Shown here piece after piece: positions 59,063-64,000 of a stretch of 64,000 nucleotides of DNA (position 1 is its first letter; the number at the start of each line of letters is the position of its first letter). The translations under genes were made by a program, and so were the position numbers. The notes under the pieces were generated by a model, which was given only the letters and a program-made list of their open reading frames with translations, searched no databases and was not told the origin of the DNA. The stretch is from a bacterium. GTDB lineage: Bacteria > UBA8248. The stretch covers positions 2,496,001-2,560,000 of the forward strand of contig OZ244799.1 of assembly GCA_965219955.1 (NCBI GenBank), given 5' to 3'.

Positions 59063-60958
59063 TCATGGCCGGGTGAGTCCCAGCTCTCTTTTGAGTTTCG
59101 GGTGAAGCGGCGAGCCGAACCTGCCGGCCTCTCTCGCGTGTCTTTGCGCACCGGCGCGGTCGCCTTCCAGGTACAGGGCCAGCGCCATATTGTGGTGGAC
59201 GCCGCCATGGCCCGGCTCTAGCCTGAGCGCCGCCCTGAACTGCGCTATCGCCAGGCGCCTCAAGCCCGCCTTGAGATACAGGGTGCCCAGGTTGAAGCGC
59301 GCCTCCACCAGCGTGGGCTTGAGGCTTATCGCACGCTCGAAATGGGGTCTGGCCAGATCGCCGCGCTCAGCGCCCATATGCAGCGCCCCCAGGGCCAGGT
59401 GCGCCTCGGCGTTCTCATCGTTGAGCCGCAGGGCGCGCTTCAAGGAAGTTTCGGCGCCGGCCGCATCGCCGCTTTGCATCTGCGCTATCCCCAAATCCAC
59501 CCAGGCGTAATCGTAGACGGGATAAATCTCGACGGATTTCCTGAGCGGCGCAACGGCTTCGCGGAACCTGTTCCGGTCGATCAGGGCCTGCCCGTACACC
59601 CTGAGCGCGCGCGCGCTGTTTGGGGACACCTCCGCCGTACGCCGCCAGAAACGAAGCGCATCGCCCCAGTCCTGGTTTCGTTTGAGCGTCAGCGCGCCGA
59701 AGGTCAGGCAGGCGATTACAAGCAGCGACGCGGCGATTCGCCAGTCCCTTTTCGTGAGCAAGACGCCCGCCGTAGGAACGAGGGCGATCAGAAAGCCGGC
59801 CGAGGGAAGATACAGCACCCGCTCCGCCATGATGGTGCCTATGGGGATCAACAGATTGCTCACGGGCAGATACGCGCCGATGAAAACGACCAGTCCGAAA
59901 GCGACCCACGGCATGTCTTTCCTCAGACGCCAGGCGGCGTAGCCCCACGCCAGAAAACCCAGTGCCCCGGCCAGCATCCAAAGTGTGGCTTCCACTCCTT
60001 CCACCGGAATCTGCGCGAAGGAATAATCCATGCTCAACGGCCACGGCCAGACCAGCAGCTTGAAATATCGGCCCAGGACGCCGACCGCGCCCAGGATTCG
60101 CTCGCCGGCCGGCATCAGCGCCAGGACGTTGTCGAGTTTCGACGGGGGATAAGGGCGCGCCAGTACGCCTAAGGCGGCATATCGCATCCACACGTAGACG
60201 ACGAGGACGAGGACGAGCGCGCAGACGGCGATGAGCGTGTGCCTGAGAGGCGGTCGCTCGGTCTCTCCCGATACATAGCGGCCCCAGAGCCACCACAAAA
60301 GGGCGCTGAAAAGCAGGGCGACGCCGATCTCCTTGGACAGCAGCGCAAAGAGGCAAAGCGCGCACGTGAGGCCGACGGGCGCGAGCACCCCTCGACAAGA
60401 GAGGCCTTCTTCGCCCCCCCTCCTGCGGTTCCCCTCCGCAGCGCCCGGTTTCGCCCCGGGGAGCGCGACGCCCATCAGAAGGCCCAATCCCCCGAACACG
60501 CCGGCGGCGGCCATCAGGTCGGCGCGCGCGACGACGGCGTTCACCGCCTCGGTATGAACCGGATGAAGGGCGAACAGCAGGGCGACGGCTCCCGCCGCAC
60601 CGCGCGAGAGCCCGAAACGTATGCACAGCCAGAACAGCGCGAGCGAGGCGAGGGCGTGAAGCAAGGCGTTGATGATTCTGTAGCCGAGCGGATCCAGGCC
60701 GCCCACCGCGTGGTTCAGCGCGAAAGAGGCTATGGTGAGGGGCCGGTAGAGGCGGTCTCTTCTCTCGTTCGTCTCTATCACGGCCCAGTAGTCGTGCTGA
60801 AAGGCTTCCAGCAGGCGGCCGCTCTCGCGGACGAGGGGATTCTCGCCGATGATGGCGATGTCGTCATGCAGAAACGGGTTCGAAAACGTGCCTGCGAAGA
60901 TGAAAAACGCGGCGCCGGCGATGGCGCAGGCCCAACCCCATTTCACGACCGGCTGCAT
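59063..60958 (-). CDS. TMTC-like (DUF1736) membrane glycosyltransferase with C-terminal TPRs
   Basis: FLHDD, YRPLT, LFALHPVHTEAV, LLSKE, PLSMDY, AERVLYLPS, RNQDW, TPR repeats. Confidence 0.85.
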   Translation of the reverse strand: MQPVVKWGWACAIAGAAFFIFAGTFSNPFLHDDIAIIGENPLVRESGRLLEAFQHDYWAVIETNERRDRLYRPLTIASFALNHAVGGLDPLGYRIINALLHALASLALFWLCIRFGLSRGAAGAVALLFALHPVHTEAVNAVVARADLMAAAGVFGGLGLLMGVALPGAKPGAAEGNRRRGGEEGLSCRGVLAPVGLTCALCLFALLSKEIGVALLFSALLWWLWGRYVSGETERPPLRHTLIAVCALVLVLVVYVWMRYAALGVLARPYPPSKLDNVLALMPAGERILGAVGVLGRYFKLLVWPWPLSMDYSFAQIPVEGVEATLWMLAGALGFLAWGYAAWRLRKDMPWVAFGLVVFIGAYLPVSNLLIPIGTIMAERVLYLPSAGFLIALVPTAGVLLTKRDWRIAASLLVIACLTFGALTLKRNQDWGDALRFWRRTAEVSPNSARALRVYGQALIDRNRFREAVAPLRKSVEIYPVYDYAWVDLGIAQMQSGDAAGAETSLKRALRLNDENAEAHLALGALHMGAERGDLARPHFERAISLKPTLVEARFNLGTLYLKAGLRRLAIAQFRAALRLEPGHGGVHHNMALALYLEGDRAGAQRHAREAGRFGSPLHPKLKRELGLTRP

Positions 60959-61256
60959 CGAACCCCCAACACGCAATTCAATCCCTCGTCACGCCCCAAC
61001 CCGGGCAGTACCGATGATTCGCCAAACCCATCGCCTCAACTCGCACATCACTTACCGGAACAACCGGGCTTTCCGCCATGGCGACGGCAACCGCCCGAGA
61101 TAGAACGGTATCCGCATGAAAAGGCTCCCGGTGCCGCGGCTTGGCGCAAGTAATTTCAGAGCCAGCCGAATCATCATGCCGCCATCATGACAACAAAACT
61201 TCCGTCCCGCCACCGAGATTTGTCGATAAAATCACCTTTATGGTTCGGTTTTCCTT

Positions 61257-61285
61257 TTGACTCCCGGTGAAACGACTGCTAACCT
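61257..61285 (+). promoter_or_regulatory. Sigma70 promoter upstream of the TPP riboswitch
   Basis: TTGACT-N17-TAACCT. Confidence 0.55.
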
Positions 61286-61298
61286 TCGTATTTGCAAG

Positions 61299-61373
61299 TT
61301 CGCTGGGGGTGCCTTGCAGGCTGAGAACAAACCCTTCGAACCTGAACCGGTTAGCGCCGGCGTAGGGAAGCGA
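61299..61373 (+). ncRNA. TPP riboswitch
   Basis: GGGGTGC..GCTGAGA..ACCC..GAACCTGA.CCGGTTA.CGCCGGCGTAGGGAAG upstream of thiC. Confidence 0.93.
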
Positions 61374-61415
61374 CAGGTCTTCCACATCCTCCGGTTTCCC
61401 TTCGCCGACATGTGA

Positions 61416-63278
<1,863 letters not shown>

Positions 63279-63305
63279 GCCGAACGATAACCACCACTCT
63301 GCATC

Positions 63306-63344
63306 AAACCCCGCCTGGGCCGACGCCCGGGTGGGGTTTTTGTT
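63306..63344 (+). terminator. Terminator after thiC
   Basis: AAACCCCGCCTGGGC...GCCCGGGTGGGGTTTTT. Confidence 0.8.
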
Positions 63345-63426
63345 GTCATTCGAAAATCACCACAAGACTTTGGCGCCGGATTGATGATAAATTCCTCCTA
63401 TCGAAACCGCGCAGACAGGAGCCGTC

Positions 63427-64000
63427 ATGACGCTGAGGATGGGGGTGTGGGCGCCCGTGTGGGGCACGTTTCTGGGGCGGATCGAAAAACCCGAGACGGT
63501 GAAAGAGGCCTCATTCGCCCACAATGCGCGCTACATTCAGCGCGCGGAAGAATTGGGCTTCGAGACCACCCTGCTGCTCGACAGGAGCCTCAACAGCATC
63601 AAGGGCCTGGGCGCGCCCGTTCTGGAGGCCTGGATCACGGCGGCGGCGCTGGCGCCCATCACGAAGAAAATCGAACTCATCATCGCCGCCAAGAGCGCCT
63701 ACCGCCACCCCTCGCTCGTCGCCCAGATGGGGGCGAACATCGACTGCATCAGCGGGGGGCGCTTCGCCATCAACATCGTCTCGGGCTGGTGGGCGCTGGA
63801 AAACGAGATGGCGGGCATCCCCTTCCCCCCGCACGATGAGCGCTACGATCTCTCCGAAGAAGTGATGCACATCCTCAAATCCTACTGGACGAAGGAGCGC
63901 TTCAGCTTCAAGGGCAGGTATTTCGAAATCACCGACGGCGTCACCGCGCCCAAACCCGTCCGAAAGCCCTGGCCCACGTTCTATTTCGGGGGCGAATCGA
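63427..64000 (+). CDS. LLM-class flavin-dependent monooxygenase (SsuD/SfnG-like), runs off the window
   Basis: Manual translation MTLRMGVWAP...RAEELGFE...LEAWITAAALA..T..IELI...ANIDCISGGRFAINIVSGWW; ACAGGAG SD. Confidence 0.88.
   Translation, partial: MTLRMGVWAPVWGTFLGRIEKPETVKEASFAHNARYIQRAEELGFETTLLLDRSLNSIKGLGAPVLEAWITAAALAPITKKIELIIAAKSAYRHPSLVAQMGANIDCISGGRFAINIVSGWWALENEMAGIPFPPHDERYDLSEEVMHILKSYWTKERFSFKGRYFEITDGVTAPKPVRKPWPTFYFGGES

Overview
GC-rich bacterial chromosomal window, mostly housekeeping and metabolic genes: menaquinone (ubiD/ubiA/ubiE-like), a hexosamine/UDP-GlcNAc cluster, purA-hisZ-serA, tatBC, ccdA, thiC with a TPP riboswitch, tauABC and two thiolase/DUF35 modules. Four things stand out. 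(1) At 50.0-56.2 kb two paralogous outer-membrane porin genes, each with its leader and terminator, form a large inverted repeat around two coupled, apparently intact tyrosine integrases. Only one porin has a full TTGACA-N17-TATTCT promoter, and the -35 lies in the central segment, so this is a candidate invertible porin switch. Both leaders carry a conserved small uORF. (2) At 10.3-18.9 kb, interleaved 79-104 bp copies of parts of a thermonuclease gene and of the 3' end of an aceE-like gene bracket accessory cargo (tauABC, an AT-rich proteasome-like Ntn hydrolase, a RAMA-domain protein, a secreted protein with a structured leader). (3) A CxxU SelW/Rdx selenoprotein at 3887-4129 is truncated in the ORF track. 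(4) Several REP/MITE families are present, including one terminal-repeat shell carrying different palindromic interiors. All product calls come from motif recognition, not database searches.
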